A stretch of DNA of 64,000 nucleotides from Prolixibacteraceae bacterium (GTDB lineage Bacteria > Bacteroidota > Bacteroidia > Bacteroidales > Prolixibacteraceae), in assembly GCA_003506435.1 (NCBI GenBank), contig DOAQ01000043.1, positions 18,737-82,736 on the forward strand, given 5' to 3'. Made by a program: the position numbers and the translations under genes. Under the pieces are notes generated by a model. That model was given only the letters and a program-made list of their open reading frames with translations. It did no database searches and had not been told where the DNA came from. Position 1 is the stretch's first letter. Each line of letters opens with the position of its first letter. Of the stretch, positions 46,846 through 56,936 are shown one piece after another.

Positions 46846-47678
46846 TTGTATGAATTAAATAATTCAGCAAAATAATGACCCGGTGTTTTTTCGAATGTAT
46901 AGCTGTAATGAAAATCCTGATCCGGTTTCAGCAAACTTACGTGCAATAGATATTTTTTTAATTGGCGAATATAATCCGAATCGTCGGCCACCATTCCGCC
47001 AATCAGTACTTCATCTTTTTCTGCATCAAATTCAAGGTTCTTGCAAATATTCAGTGTATGATACAGAAAGTCGGTTTCGGTTTTATAAAAGAAACTGTTG
47101 AACAACCGTATGTCTTTTTCAATAAAAACAATGTGGAAATATTTTTTATTGAAGTTCAGAATTATCGTTTTGCCTGCTTTCCCCTTTTGTTGAAGGGCTG
47201 CATTTAGCAAAGGGTATGTACTGTGAAAAAGGTGGTATTCCGAATATTTTGAATTAAAAAAAGTTCGCAATTCCTGCGGGTAAGAAAAAATAATGTCCTG
47301 AGAAAAACTTTTCACCTGACAGGCTGATGTTTCCTCATTTCTTTCAAAAGGCTGGTTTAGACTAATAATCTGTTTCAGTTGGTTCTCACTGGAAAACGAC
47401 GAGGGTATAATCGTGGCTTTTGGGTCGTTATAGCTGATCGTAACGGACTTGAAATTTTTATTCAGCGCTTCTTCTGTTTCGTAAATGTCTTTGATTTTGC
47501 CTGTTAAAAACTGAGATTTTTTAACGGCCAACGGTAAATGTCGCAACAATACATACTTTTTTTGTATTGTATCGAGTATACAAAAAGAAAATCCATCCAG
47601 GCTGACCTGGATGGATAGGTGATATTCTAAAATGAAGTTTAAATCAAATGTTTCGTCTACGTACGAAATTTCATGCAT
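46833..47678 (-). CDS. Hypothetical protein (DUF3822-like, by its position upstream of rsmD)
   Basis: 281 aa. Its 3' end overlaps rsmD by 13 nt. The family call rests on remembered Bacteroidota synteny only. Confidence 0.4.
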   Translation of the reverse strand: MHEISYVDETFDLNFILEYHLSIQVSLDGFSFCILDTIQKKYVLLRHLPLAVKKSQFLTGKIKDIYETEEALNKNFKSVTISYNDPKATIIPSSFSSENQLKQIISLNQPFERNEETSACQVKSFSQDIIFSYPQELRTFFNSKYSEYHLFHSTYPLLNAALQQKGKAGKTIILNFNKKYFHIVFIEKDIRLFNSFFYKTETDFLYHTLNICKNLEFDAEKDEVLIGGMVADDSDYIRQLKKYLLHVSLLKPDQDFHYSYTFEKTPGHYFAELFNSYKCVL

Positions 47679-47687
47679 ATCCCAGAT

Positions 47688-48320
47688 TTACTCCCAGTTT
47701 CCTGCATTATTGTTTGTTTCAGTAAGAGAGCCAACTTTAAGTCCAGGGTATTTCTGGTTGGTCCTCTTTTGGTCGTTCAGGTTGATTACCAACTGACGAT
47801 CGAGATTTATCAAAATGGTGTTGTTGTGTGCTTTTGCTTCGAAGACCGGAACATTGATGCCAGAACCTGTGGTAATGACTGTTGCTCCTAAATGGAACTC
47901 TGCAATCGTATCACTAACCGGAACATATTTTATTTTTTCGATTGGATACGATTTTCCAAACAATGAGTCCAATACGCTGACTTTAAGGGTATCCCTGATG
48001 ATCAACCCTTGTTTCAGGGCTTTTGCTTCGGTTAAGCCTGCGTCCAACATACTGTCGGTAAGCATACCGTATTTTTTAACAAGTATCAGCGAGTCTTTTT
48101 TTACAAAAGTAACTAATGAGTCCCAGTTACCTGTAAATTTTCCATTTACATCTTTATAAGCTAACTCTGCTTTACGAATGTCTTTCAACCTGGCGATAGT
48201 TGCTTCATACCTTGCACTTTTTGCTTTTTCAAAATCGATTGGATCTTGAATACTGGTATAAACAAGGTAAGCAATTAAAAGAGCAACAGCTATAAGGACG
48301 GTCTGGATTAATGTCTTCAT
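47688..48320 (-). CDS. Hypothetical membrane-anchored protein
   Basis: 210 aa with a single N-terminal TM ('LIQTVLIAVALLIAYLVYTS'). No family was recognised. Confidence 0.4.
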   Translation of the reverse strand: MKTLIQTVLIAVALLIAYLVYTSIQDPIDFEKAKSARYEATIARLKDIRKAELAYKDVNGKFTGNWDSLVTFVKKDSLILVKKYGMLTDSMLDAGLTEAKALKQGLIIRDTLKVSVLDSLFGKSYPIEKIKYVPVSDTIAEFHLGATVITTGSGINVPVFEAKAHNNTILINLDRQLVINLNDQKRTNQKYPGLKVGSLTETNNNAGNWE

Positions 48321-48411
48321 CTTATCAGTTTTAAGATTAATTTTTTGTTTGCATGCAAATTTATAAAAAAAATTAAATTCCCATCTTTGGAATTACTTAA
48401 TTTAGCTCTCC

Positions 48412-49839
48412 ATGATAAAAAATCACATACATTCAGAGATAATTCAGCATTTCAAATATATACCCACGTCGGGTCAGGAATTACTTGCCAAAAATCTTGC
48501 CACTTTTGTTGCCGAATCCGATGAAAATGCAGTTTTTATTTTGAAAGGATATGCGGGTACCGGAAAAACAACTATGTTGAGCGCTTTTGTGAAAACGCTG
48601 AAGAAATTTAAATTCAGTTCGGTTTTGCTGGCTCCTACCGGGCGGGCGGCCAAAGTACTTTCTTTCTATTGCCGGCAACCTGCTTATACCATTCACAAAA
48701 CCATTTACAGACAACAATCTTCTTCTGACGGGACAGGACGATTTGTTCTGAATAAAAATCTACTGAAAGATGCCTTTTTCATTGTTGACGAAGCATCAAT
48801 GATTTCGAATGAAAGTGCGGAAGCTTCTATCTTTGGGTCGGGACGTTTGCTTGACGATCTGGTTGAATTTGTTTATACAGGAATAAATTGCAAACTGATT
48901 TTAGTGGGCGACACGGCCCAGTTGCCCCCTGTGGGTCTCGATATCAGTCCCGCACTGTCGGCTCATGATGTTGAAATGTACGATTTGAAAGTAAAAGAAA
49001 TTGAACTGACAGAAGTGATGAGACAGGAGGAAAACTCGGGTATATTAAATAATGCAACAAGCATCCGCCAGATTATTACGGGAGGCGATTATTCCGGAAA
49101 TTATTTTCCAATTGAACTTGCCGGGTACAATGATATAAAACGAATCGGAGGGCAGGAGTTGATTGATGAAATTTCGACCTGTTACGACAAATACGGTGAA
49201 CAGGAAACCATGGTTGTTACCCGGTCGAATAAACGGGCCAACAAGTTTAATGAAGGCATCAGGAAGACTATACTTTATAAAGAAAACGAAATATCGGTCG
49301 GCGACCTTTTGATGGTTGTTAAAAACAATTATTTCTGGCTGAAGGAAAATGAAAATATCGATTTTATTGCCAACGGCGATATTGTTGAAATCACGGCGAT
49401 TGGCAAATACGAAGAATTGTACGGGTTTCGGTTTGCCAATGTCAGTCTGAAGTTTGTTGATTATAAAGATATGGAACTCGACTGCAAAATTTTCCTTGAT
49501 ACGTTAACTATCGAAACGGCTGCAATGGGATCGGATGACAACCGGAAATTATTTGAAGCCGTTGCGGAAGACTATATGGACATCCGTAGTAAGAAAAAAC
49601 GCTGGGAGAGAATCAGGGAGAACGAGTATTTTAATGCACTTCAGGTGAAGTTTGCGTATGCTGTCACTTGCCACAAAGCACAGGGAGGGCAATGGAAGGC
49701 TGTATTTATTGACCAGGGGTATCTGACTGAAGGTATGCTGAATGTAGAATATCTACGCTGGATGTATACTGCTTTTACCCGTCCAACAGAAAAACTATAT
49801 CTGGTGAATTTCAATAAAGAATTTTTCGGGGAGGAATAA
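48412..49839 (+). CDS. RecD-like SF1 DNA helicase (AAA_30/UvrD_C type)
   Basis: 475 aa. 'LKGYAGTGKTT', 'LLAPTGRAAKVL', 'FIVDEASMI', 'LVGDTAQLPPV' and 'YAVTCHKAQGGQW'. Confidence 0.8.
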   Translation: MIKNHIHSEIIQHFKYIPTSGQELLAKNLATFVAESDENAVFILKGYAGTGKTTMLSAFVKTLKKFKFSSVLLAPTGRAAKVLSFYCRQPAYTIHKTIYRQQSSSDGTGRFVLNKNLLKDAFFIVDEASMISNESAEASIFGSGRLLDDLVEFVYTGINCKLILVGDTAQLPPVGLDISPALSAHDVEMYDLKVKEIELTEVMRQEENSGILNNATSIRQIITGGDYSGNYFPIELAGYNDIKRIGGQELIDEISTCYDKYGEQETMVVTRSNKRANKFNEGIRKTILYKENEISVGDLLMVVKNNYFWLKENENIDFIANGDIVEITAIGKYEELYGFRFANVSLKFVDYKDMELDCKIFLDTLTIETAAMGSDDNRKLFEAVAEDYMDIRSKKKRWERIRENEYFNALQVKFAYAVTCHKAQGGQWKAVFIDQGYLTEGMLNVEYLRWMYTAFTRPTEKLYLVNFNKEFFGEE

Positions 49840-49911
49840 AAAGAAACACCTGCCAATAAAAAAGGAACCTTTTCAGGCTCCTTCTTCAAGAAATATGCGA
49901 TCGGTTAATTT

Positions 49912-50472
49912 TTAGAGTGTTGTTACAGATTCGAGCAACTCGTATCCTTTTTGCACGGCTGCCAGGTTCAGCGGGATCAATTTGTGATGGCGTGCCGGAA
50001 GCGACTGTTGTAATCCCTTCTCCACGCTGTCGATATTGACCACGGGTTTGGCTTTCAGATAAGCGCCGAGTACTACCATGTTAAAGATTTTTACATTTCC
50101 CAGGTCGGCGGCAATTTTTGTCCCGTCAATTTTAAAAAGATTGATGTCGGTACGTTCAGGATTCCGGGTAATACCATTTGGGTCGTAAAGAAGAGTGCCG
50201 CCCGGTTTTACCATTTTTTCGAATTTATCCATCGATTGCTGGTTCAAAATAATGGCCGTATCAAACTCATTAATGATCGGAGAACTGATTCGTTTGTCGC
50301 TCAAAATAACAGTTACGTTGGCTGTTCCTCCACGCATTTCCGGTCCGTACGACGGGAACCAGGTAACTTCCTGACCAGCCATAACGCCCGAGTACGCGAG
50401 TATTTTTCCCATTGAGAGCACACCTTGTCCGCCAAATCCGGCTATGATTAATTCTTCTGTCATAACATTCAA
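49912..50472 (-). CDS. 2-oxoacid:ferredoxin oxidoreductase gamma subunit
   Basis: 186 aa. 'IIAGFGGQGVLSMGKILA' and 'PSYGPEMRGGTA'. Confidence 0.85.
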   Translation of the reverse strand: MNVMTEELIIAGFGGQGVLSMGKILAYSGVMAGQEVTWFPSYGPEMRGGTANVTVILSDKRISSPIINEFDTAIILNQQSMDKFEKMVKPGGTLLYDPNGITRNPERTDINLFKIDGTKIAADLGNVKIFNMVVLGAYLKAKPVVNIDSVEKGLQQSLPARHHKLIPLNLAAVQKGYELLESVTTL

Positions 50473-50474
50473 AT

Positions 50475-51269
50475 TTAGTTTTGTTTAAAACTTGCAGGGT
50501 CAGCTTTCGAACCGTCTTTTATATCGCCGGGAGGATAGAACGGGAACATGTTTTCTTCCATCCACTGATTGGCCTGAACGGGGGTCATTTTCCAGTTCAT
50601 GTTACAGGTTGATACTACCTCAACAAACGAAGTTCCTTTTTTATCCATAGCTGCTTCGAATGCCTTTGTAATTGCCTTTTTACACCTGCGGATAGCTGCC
50701 GGTGTATGTACCGACTGCCGCGTGACATAGGATGTACCCGGTAGTTGGGCGATCAGTTCGGTGATTTTCAATGGGTAACCATTGCGTTCGGCATCGCGTC
50801 CGTAGGGAGTTGTTGCAGTAACTTGTCCGAGTAGGGTAGTAGGGGCCATCTGTCCTCCGGTCATCCCGTAAATTCCGTTATTGATAAAAATGACCGCAAA
50901 ATTCTCTCCCCGGTTGCAGGCATGCATAATTTCGGCAGTACCAATTGATGCGAGGTCGCCGTCGCCCTGATAAGTGAAAACTATTTTGTCAGGATTGGTG
51001 CGGGAGATGCCCGTTGCCAGGGCAGGAGCGCGCCCGTGGGCAGCTTCTTGCCAGTCTATATCAATGTAATTGTATGCAAATACTGAACAACCAACAGGAG
51101 CAACCCCGATAGTTTTTTCCTGAATGCCAAGATCTTCTATGATTTCAGCAATGAGTTTATGTACCACACCGTGACTGCAACCCGGGCAATAGTGCATCGT
51201 ATTGGCGGTAAGCATGCCAGGTTTCTCGTAAACCAGATTTTCCGGTTTGATAATATCTTTTACATCCAT
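50475..51269 (-). CDS. 2-oxoacid:ferredoxin oxidoreductase beta subunit (TPP-binding)
   Basis: 264 aa. 'YCPGCSHG', 'GDGD...IG' and 'NNGIYGMTGGQ'. Confidence 0.85.
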   Translation of the reverse strand: MDVKDIIKPENLVYEKPGMLTANTMHYCPGCSHGVVHKLIAEIIEDLGIQEKTIGVAPVGCSVFAYNYIDIDWQEAAHGRAPALATGISRTNPDKIVFTYQGDGDLASIGTAEIMHACNRGENFAVIFINNGIYGMTGGQMAPTTLLGQVTATTPYGRDAERNGYPLKITELIAQLPGTSYVTRQSVHTPAAIRRCKKAITKAFEAAMDKKGTSFVEVVSTCNMNWKMTPVQANQWMEENMFPFYPPGDIKDGSKADPASFKQN

Positions 51270-51272
51270 TGT

Positions 51273-52367
51273 TTACCCTCCTATTAATTTTTGTTCCAGT
51301 GCCTGCACTACTTCCGAAGGAGTTGGAATAATTCCGCCCATCCGTCCAAAATATTTTACAGGGACAGCACATCCGGCGCAGCCAACAGATAACTGAACGT
51401 CTTCAATCATTTGTCCTGCATTCATTTCAACAGTCATAAAGCCTTTTACCCTTTTCGCCATTTCGCCAATTATTTGCTTCGGAAAAGGAAATAAGGTAAT
51501 AGGTCTGAGCAAACCAACTTTCATTCCTTTTTCGCGTGCAATATCAACAGCTTTTTGGCAGATTCTTGAAGAAACGCCAAAAGCTACTAAAATGTATTCA
51601 GCATCGTCGCACCGGATTGTTTCATATAGAACATCTTCGGCTTGCATTTTTGCATATTTTTCCTGAAACCGTTTGTTATTGGCTTCCATTTTTGCTGAAT
51701 CCATTTCCAGTGAAGTGGCGATGTTTCGTTCTCGGTTTGGTTTCTTTCCGTTGGTGGCCCAGCTTCCGTATTTTGCATCAATTTCCTCAGCAGTCATTCG
51801 TGGTTTAAAATCAGACAACTGCACTTTTTCCATCATTTGCCCGATGGCTCCATCGGCTAAAATCATGGACGGATTACGATATTTGAATGCCAGTTGAAAA
51901 CCCAGATCAACAAAATCATTCATTTCCTGAACGGAAGCAGGCGCCAAAACAATCAAATGGTAGTCGCCGTGTCCACCGCCTTTTACCGATTGGAAATAAT
52001 CGGCCTGCGATGGCTGGATCGTACCCAGACCGGGGCCGCCGCGTTGTACGTTTACGATTACGCAAGGCAATTCGGCACCGGCAATATACGAAATTCCTTC
52101 GGCCATCAGGCTGATACCTGGGCTCGAAGAAGAAGTCATCACTTTTTTACCGGTGGCGGCAGCTCCATACACCATGTTAATCGATGCTACCTCACTTTCG
52201 GCCTGCAATACCACCATGCCTGTTTCGTTCCAAGGTTCGCGGGCCATGAGGGTTTCCATCACTTCACTTTGAGGAGTTATCGGGTACCCGAAGTAACCGT
52301 CGCATCCACAACGAATAGCCGCTTCAGCAATAACTTCGTTTCCCTTCATTAATTTTAATTCTCCCAT
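51273..52367 (-). CDS. 2-oxoacid:ferredoxin oxidoreductase alpha subunit
   Basis: I start it at the ATG at 52367 ('MGELKLMKGNEVIAEAAIRCG...YPITPQSE'). The longer ORF to 52580 overlaps the ferredoxin gene and its extra residues look non-coding. Confidence 0.85.
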   Translation of the reverse strand: MGELKLMKGNEVIAEAAIRCGCDGYFGYPITPQSEVMETLMAREPWNETGMVVLQAESEVASINMVYGAAATGKKVMTSSSSPGISLMAEGISYIAGAELPCVIVNVQRGGPGLGTIQPSQADYFQSVKGGGHGDYHLIVLAPASVQEMNDFVDLGFQLAFKYRNPSMILADGAIGQMMEKVQLSDFKPRMTAEEIDAKYGSWATNGKKPNRERNIATSLEMDSAKMEANNKRFQEKYAKMQAEDVLYETIRCDDAEYILVAFGVSSRICQKAVDIAREKGMKVGLLRPITLFPFPKQIIGEMAKRVKGFMTVEMNAGQMIEDVQLSVGCAGCAVPVKYFGRMGGIIPTPSEVVQALEQKLIGG

Positions 52368-52396
52368 GTATTGAAAGTTTTTAATGTTAGCTACTC

Positions 52397-52621
52397 TTAA
52401 ATTTTTACACGATAAACAGTGATACAAGTATCCGGACAAACAATTGCACAATTTGAGCAGCCGATACAGTTTTCCGGGTTTTTCATGAACGAAAAATGGT
52501 ATCCCCGGCTGTTCACCTGTTTGTTCTGTCCAAGAACATCGTGCGGACAGGCAACTACACAAAGTCCGCAACCTTTGCATTCTTCATTGTCGACTACGAC
52601 CGCGCCTCTTACTTTTGCCAT
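52397..52621 (-). CDS. 4Fe-4S dicluster ferredoxin (oxidoreductase delta subunit)
   Basis: 74 aa with two CxxCxxCxxxCP motifs ('CKGCGLCVVACP' and 'CIGCSNCAIVCP'). Confidence 0.85.
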   Translation of the reverse strand: MAKVRGAVVVDNEECKGCGLCVVACPHDVLGQNKQVNSRGYHFSFMKNPENCIGCSNCAIVCPDTCITVYRVKI

Positions 52622-52741
52622 GATAATTTGTTTTTATATATGTGCGTAACCACTATTAATCAAGTGAATATCCTCTTGCTGAACAGGGTTATTGCAAATC
52701 TATTGGTTTCATTTTTTTCTTTGTGCAACAAAAGTTGCAAA

Positions 52742-53308
52742 TTATAATTTGTTCAGGACCCGGGTGAAAATATTCCTATGGATTCCCAGATACGATGCTA
52801 TATGTTGCCGCTGTACCCTGGATGCAAGTTCTCCATGTTCGGAAAAAAACTTTTTAACCCGCTGAAAAGCGTTTAACGACTGGAATGAATAAACCCGTTT
52901 TAATGTCTGAATATAGCTTTCTTCGGCCATTACCCGTACCATGTGTTCCAGTTGCGGGTCTTTCCTGACCAGGATATCGAATTCACTTTTCTGTATAAAA
53001 ATTAAAATTGAATCTTCGTAAGCCCTGATTGCTTCACCCGATTTTTTTCCTCTCAGAAAACTTTCGTAGCTGGTAATGATCGCATGGTTGGGCGGATAAA
53101 AAAAATTCGATATCCATTCTTTTCCGTTTTCGGAAATGTAGGATGAATAAAGTAATCCTTCCAGAACAATTCCCAGCTTGCCCGATGGGTCGTCATAATC
53201 GATAAAAGCTTCTCCTTTTTTCAAAGTACAGGGACTTTTTTTTGCAAAAAATTCCTGAAGTTGAATCAAGGTAGAATTGTAAGCTGTTACCAGATTATTG
53301 GCTCCCAT
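52742..53308 (-). CDS. Crp/Fnr-family transcriptional regulator
   Basis: 188 aa with a cNMP-binding-like beta-roll and a C-terminal HTH ('QRQHIASYLGIHRNIFTRVL'). Confidence 0.7.
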   Translation of the reverse strand: MGANNLVTAYNSTLIQLQEFFAKKSPCTLKKGEAFIDYDDPSGKLGIVLEGLLYSSYISENGKEWISNFFYPPNHAIITSYESFLRGKKSGEAIRAYEDSILIFIQKSEFDILVRKDPQLEHMVRVMAEESYIQTLKRVYSFQSLNAFQRVKKFFSEHGELASRVQRQHIASYLGIHRNIFTRVLNKL

Positions 53309-53326
53309 AGTTTTGTTTTATAATCG

Positions 53327-54637
53327 TTATCCGAAGTTCTCACTGAACATTTTCAACCGTTTTTCAAGATCGCCAAACTGATCGCGACCAACATGTGAAA
53401 CACAGGCCCGAAGCCCTTCTCGTTCACTGCCGGTATTTTTCAGTGAGATGGCGCTTATTCCGTAGTAAAGAATATTTGCAAGAAGTTCTTCTCCTGTCAT
53501 ACCCGGATACTGGATGGTGAAATAGAACCCGTTGGCAATGGGTTCGTCGCCGTCTTTTTCGTACACAATTTTAAACCCGTTTTCGGTGAACAGTTTTTTC
53601 ATGATCCGGGCTTTTTCACCGTATTCCTTTACTTCTTCCACAAAATTAAACTTCCCGTCGTTTGCTGCCTTGAACATAGCTGCCAAAGCAAACTGCGCCG
53701 AGTGGCAGGTACCGGAAGAAAGTGCGTAAAGTACGCGCAGTACAACCGTGTGTCCAAAAGCATGGCTTTGGAAACGTGTTTTCAGGTTCTCGTATTTGCG
53801 GTTGAAAAGGGCGTCGGAAATGACCATCATGCCGATGCGCTGGCCTGCGTACGAGAATATTTTCGAGCTTGAAATAAATAATACGTAATTGTCTGTATAT
53901 CGTGCAATGGTTGGCTGGAAAGGAGGCTGGCCGGGAGTATACAGATTTTTACGGAAATCCATGGCAAAATAGGCCAGGTCTTCCATGATAGTCACATCGT
54001 ATTTTGTCGACATTTCTCCAATGATCTGCAATTCCTCTTCAGTCAGGCAAATCCAACTGGGATTGTTCGGGTTCGAATAGATGATGCAACTGATATTTCC
54101 TTTGGAAAGATACGACTCCAGTTTTTCGCGCAGTTTTTCACCCCGGTAGTCAAACACATCGAACGATTCGTACGGTCTGCCCATGACCATCATTTGTTGT
54201 TTCTGAACCGGAAATCCCGGATCAATAAACAGCACCGTGTCTTTCTTTTTGTCGGCATTGCTGGAAACGAAAAGAGCTGCATACGTCCCCTGCATTGATC
54301 CAACGGTGGGGATACAACCTTCCGGCGAAACGTCAATGTCAGTAAATAGTTTGACAAATCGTGCTGTTTCTGCTTTTAACTCCGGATGTCCTTCCATCAT
54401 CGGGTATCTTGCGGCAACTCCCGATTTCAGCGCTTCGATTTCGGCTTTGGTACCTACTTCGGCAGGCGGCAGACCGGGAACACCCATTTCCATACGGCAA
54501 TACCGGATGCCGGTTTCTTTTTCAACTAAATTAACCAGCGCTACAATCTCGCGGATAGAGGCATTGCCAATATTTTCAATTTGTAAACGTTTTACTAAGC
54601 GGTCAACTATTGTGCGATCTATTGGAGTCTGTTTCAT
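53327..54637 (-). CDS. PLP-dependent aminotransferase (class I/II)
   Basis: 436 aa. 'NPNNPSW' and 'SSSKIFSYAGQRIG' (the PLP-lysine region). Confidence 0.8.
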   Translation of the reverse strand: MKQTPIDRTIVDRLVKRLQIENIGNASIREIVALVNLVEKETGIRYCRMEMGVPGLPPAEVGTKAEIEALKSGVAARYPMMEGHPELKAETARFVKLFTDIDVSPEGCIPTVGSMQGTYAALFVSSNADKKKDTVLFIDPGFPVQKQQMMVMGRPYESFDVFDYRGEKLREKLESYLSKGNISCIIYSNPNNPSWICLTEEELQIIGEMSTKYDVTIMEDLAYFAMDFRKNLYTPGQPPFQPTIARYTDNYVLFISSSKIFSYAGQRIGMMVISDALFNRKYENLKTRFQSHAFGHTVVLRVLYALSSGTCHSAQFALAAMFKAANDGKFNFVEEVKEYGEKARIMKKLFTENGFKIVYEKDGDEPIANGFYFTIQYPGMTGEELLANILYYGISAISLKNTGSEREGLRACVSHVGRDQFGDLEKRLKMFSENFG

Positions 54638-54931
54638 TCTAAAAATACTTGTATCCGGTCGGTTTTATTCTTTGTTCGAGACAGGAAATTGAAAATATAC
54701 CGTGTGTTTTTCCGTTCCTTATCGGATCAAAGAAATTGAAAAAATACTTAAAAGCAGCATATTATCTGCGATTTTTCAGAACGACCGGATGTGTTATTAA
54801 ATTTGTTTTTCAAATCAGAAAATCATTCGATCAGAAAAAATCAAACTGAAAGAATTCCCCTTTTTTAACTTAAAATTCAATGCAAAAATGGGGATTTCTC
54901 TGACCATGAATTTTATCATTTATTTCGGGTA

Positions 54932-55456
54932 TCAGAACCCGAAATGAGGTTTTAAGTCGTTCAGCCAGGCAGTAATTCGTTTATTCGTCTGTTCCGGTTC
55001 AAAATCTTCATCAATCGGCAACCCGATAAATTTTCCGTCAATCAGGGCTTCCGAATCATCGAATTCGTAACCTTCGGTTGCAACCTGCCCGACAATCGTT
55101 GCGTCTTTTTTCATGATTTCTTTGGCGAGCATACCCATGGCATTTACAAAATGACCGGGATAGGTGATATGGTCGCCCAATCCGAAGATGGCTACGATTT
55201 TATTGGAATAGCTGGCGCTGGCTGCTTTCGGGAAAAACTTACTCCAGTCGGTATTTGAATATTCCGAGTCCCAGGTTTCTTTTCCAACGGTCGATATTCC
55301 AAAAATGATTTTATCGAAGCGTTCGATATCAGATAAATCAGCATCTTTGACAGGGATCATTTCCACTTTATCGTTGCCAATGGCATCTTTAATTTTATCA
55401 GCTACCCGATGTACCGAACCTTTCGAGGGGCCGAAAAATAATCCTATTTTACTCAT
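54932..55456 (-). CDS. fldA: Flavodoxin (long-chain)
   Basis: 174 aa. 'KIGLFFG', 'IIFGISTVGKETWDSEY' and 'VAIFGLGD'. Confidence 0.75.
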   Translation of the reverse strand: MSKIGLFFGPSKGSVHRVADKIKDAIGNDKVEMIPVKDADLSDIERFDKIIFGISTVGKETWDSEYSNTDWSKFFPKAASASYSNKIVAIFGLGDHITYPGHFVNAMGMLAKEIMKKDATIVGQVATEGYEFDDSEALIDGKFIGLPIDEDFEPEQTNKRITAWLNDLKPHFGF

Positions 55457-55470
55457 AACAGTCGTATTTT

Positions 55471-56307
55471 TTAGTTTTGAATGTCGATCTCGCCGCGAAC
55501 ATATTCGCCCAAAATTGACAAGCTGGATACATTCTTTAGTATTGCATGAATGGCACGTTCATAATTGACAATATCGTCCCATTCAACATCCACATGCATG
55601 GTATATTCGTTGGGTTTGCCCAAAATGGGTACCGACTGAATTTTATTTAAGTTGATTTTGTTTTCAGCAAAAATATTCAGTACCCGGGCCAGTGCGCCGT
55701 AATAATGTCCGACTTCGAAACAAAGAGAAGCTTTGTTGTTCAGGTCGCTTTGGTTCGAATGTTTGGATAGAATCCAGAAACGTGTATAATTCTTTTTATT
55801 GGTCTCAATATTGGTTTCAAGCACATTCAGTCCGTAGATTTCGGCGGTACGCAGGTTCCCGATTGCCGCGGCATTCATCAGGTTTTCCTCTACGAGTAAT
55901 TTGCCGGAAGCTGCTGTGTCCTGATTCTCGCGGATTTTTGCCTCCGGAAAATATTTTTCAATGTATTCGACGCACTGGCGAATTGCTATCGGATGCGAAT
56001 AAATGGTTTTGATATCTTCTTTTTTTGCACCGGGAAGCATCATCAGGTTCATTTGAATATGAATGTATATTTCTCCGATCACCCGAAGGTGGAAATCGCG
56101 AATGAGCGAATAATTCTGCAAAATGCTACCAGCTATCGAATTCTCAATGGCCATCACGGCAATGTCAACTTTGTCGGCATCAATTAGTTCGCAAACGCTT
56201 TGGAACGACCGGCATTCGATTACTTCAATTTCTTCATCCCCGAAATATTTCCGGGCAGCATCTTCGTGAAACGATCCGGCGATTCCCTGTATTGCAATTT
56301 TTTTCAT
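55471..56307 (-). CDS. pheA: Prephenate dehydratase
   Basis: 278 aa. 'KIAIQGIAGSFHE', 'ENSIAGSI', 'NYTRFWIL' and a C-terminal ACT region. Confidence 0.85.
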   Translation of the reverse strand: MKKIAIQGIAGSFHEDAARKYFGDEEIEVIECRSFQSVCELIDADKVDIAVMAIENSIAGSILQNYSLIRDFHLRVIGEIYIHIQMNLMMLPGAKKEDIKTIYSHPIAIRQCVEYIEKYFPEAKIRENQDTAASGKLLVEENLMNAAAIGNLRTAEIYGLNVLETNIETNKKNYTRFWILSKHSNQSDLNNKASLCFEVGHYYGALARVLNIFAENKINLNKIQSVPILGKPNEYTMHVDVEWDDIVNYERAIHAILKNVSSLSILGEYVRGEIDIQN

Positions 56308-56495
56308 TTTGTATTACTTGGTTTCAAAATAGAGCAGGACTATTTTGTTTGCAATTTTTCCTGCCGAGTACAAAATTATAACAATAAATCAATAATGCTG
56401 GTTTTTCGCAGCCAGTATACTTTTTACCAGTTATTCTTAATAAATGGTTTTCGTTTGTTTTCTGCTGAAAAAATTTCTATCGGTTCCCGCGTTTG

Positions 56496-56924
56496 CTAAA
56501 TCTTGTACAGGTCGCTTGCTTTCACCAAATCCAACTGATGGTCGCTCAAAACTTTAATGCACTTCTGTATATCGGTTGGTTTCAGCATGATATTCGCAGC
56601 TTTTCCTTCATTGGAATAGGCATATAAATATTCAATAAACACACCTTCGTCGGCCAGTATGTTGAGCGCTTTTGCCAGTGCTCCCGGTTGGTTGGGGGTG
56701 CTGAGGCAAATAACGTCGGTGAGGCTCACCGAGAAGCTGGCTTCTTTTAAAACTACCAGCGCTTTTTCAGGATCAGAAACGATCATGCGAAGAATTCCAA
56801 ACTCCGATGTGTCGGCAATATTAAAAGCAGAAATGTTGATTTGGGCTTCGCCCAGCAGGCTGGTAACTTCGTTCAGGCGGCCTGTTTTATTTTCAAGAAA
56901 AACTGATAATTGTTTGATAATCAT
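56496..56924 (-). CDS. ACT-domain (amino-acid-binding) protein
   Basis: 142 aa with a tandem ACT-like fold ('QLSVFLENKTGRLNEVT', 'NQPGALAKALNILA'). It lies downstream of paaK, as in known ior/paaK clusters. Confidence 0.7.
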   Translation of the reverse strand: MIIKQLSVFLENKTGRLNEVTSLLGEAQINISAFNIADTSEFGILRMIVSDPEKALVVLKEASFSVSLTDVICLSTPNQPGALAKALNILADEGVFIEYLYAYSNEGKAANIMLKPTDIQKCIKVLSDHQLDLVKASDLYKI

Positions 56925-56936
56925 GATTGGTGCCTC

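Noticed and set aside
51273-52580. Long 435-aa version of the oxidoreductase alpha subunit
   Set aside because: The first 71 codons overlap the ferredoxin (delta) gene in another frame and are Cys/Leu-rich nonsense. The conserved sequence begins at 'MGELKLMKGNEV' (ATG at 52367).
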